In this document: positions 39,019-39,545 of the stretch, piece by piece
Position numbering within the stretch: position 1 is the stretch's first letter
Layout of the letters: each line of letters starts with the position of its first letter
From: a virus
DNA length: 39,545 nucleotides
Reading direction: 5' to 3' (one strand)
UHGV virus genome: UHGV-0207529
Notes under the pieces: generated by a model
Database searches by the model: none
Told to the model about the DNA's origin: nothing
The model's input: only the letters and a program-made list of their open reading frames with translations
Position numbers and translations under genes: made by a program

Positions 39019-39207
39019 TTATTTCCCTAGCACATGAAACAATGTTTGCTTTAATTCCACCCATACAATTATGACCACTATAGACAGACAAAAGAAACTG
39101 AATGCATTGGCATCACGATCGAAACCTTCTCCGGCACTAAATCCGTAAAAGGTCATAAAAAATATAAAAATTGCGCACTTTGCAACGTTTACAAATTTTT
39201 TCTTCAC
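39019..39207 (-). CDS. Small hydrophobic membrane protein (hypothetical)
   Basis: 62 aa, GTG start preceded by AAGGAGG; two hydrophobic segments; convergent with gene 16. Confidence 0.45.
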   Translation of the reverse strand: MKKKFVNVAKCAIFIFFMTFYGFSAGEGFDRDANAFSFFCLSIVVIIVWVELKQTLFHVLGK

Positions 39208-39545
39208 ACCAACCTCCTTAGTTTTGCGCAGGATACCAGATGATACTGTATTGGTGGAGTGGTGTGTGAAAACGTGTCAACGACAAACCATCCACAACTT
39301 GGACGAATGATTTAGCAAAAAGTGCTATTTTTGGTGTTTAGTGTCATAGAAAAGTGAATAGCTCACTTTTCAACATTGCATGAAACTTGCAGGAAATGTG
39401 ACATTACCTTATAGGTAACTTCGGCGAAAATGCAGTAAATGTGAAACGTAATGATTTAAACGTGTCGAGAAAGTGGTTGTAAGTTAGCCTCTGAAGGATT
39501 GATGACAGCTTTGTTATGGTATTAAATGCAACTTGACACAGTTGT
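39208..39545. promoter_or_regulatory. AT-rich intergenic control region with a 9-bp perfect palindrome and repeated motifs
   Basis: Palindrome GAAAAGTGA-ATAGC-TCACTTTTC at about 39349-39371; repeated AAATGTGA and AACGTGTC motifs; promoter-like TTGATG, 17 bp, TTAAAT. Confidence 0.4.

Larger units (their letters stand above)
1..39545. mobile_element. P22-like lambdoid temperate phage genome, circularly permuted relative to the prophage order
   Basis: Continuous phage gene content across the window (immI, tailspike, int/attP, early-left operon, imm region, replication, nin, Q, lysis, terminase, portal to ejection proteins); no host genes at either end. Confidence 0.85.

Overview
The whole 39.5 kb window reads as a complete or near-complete P22-like lambdoid temperate phage genome, with no host genes at either end. 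Calls rest on reading the six-frame translations against remembered reference proteins and on motifs seen in the sequence; no database search was run. The genome is mosaic. P22-type modules: immI (mnt, arc, ant), c2 repressor and cro with P22-type operators, Erf recombinase, and the portal-scaffold-coat-gp4-gp10-gp26-gp14-gp7-gp20-gp16 morphogenesis and ejection block. Lambda-type modules: cII, O-like initiator with ori iterons, the nin region (NinB to the NinI phosphatase), and the S/R/Rz/Rz1 lysis cassette. Also present are a P4-type integrase with an AlpA-like excisionase, a tailspike with a P22-type head-binding domain and a divergent receptor-binding domain, and two tRNA genes. The best candidate for a new system is a two-gene module in the accessory slot between ejection gene 16 and mnt, where P22 carries sieA: a Panacea (DUF4065) antitoxin-like protein followed by an unrecognisable 140-aa partner, with a repeat-rich control region upstream. 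Coordinates taken from the ORF track are exact; motifs I located by hand (attP core, palindromes, tRNAs, sub-60-aa ORFs) may be off by 1-2 nt.
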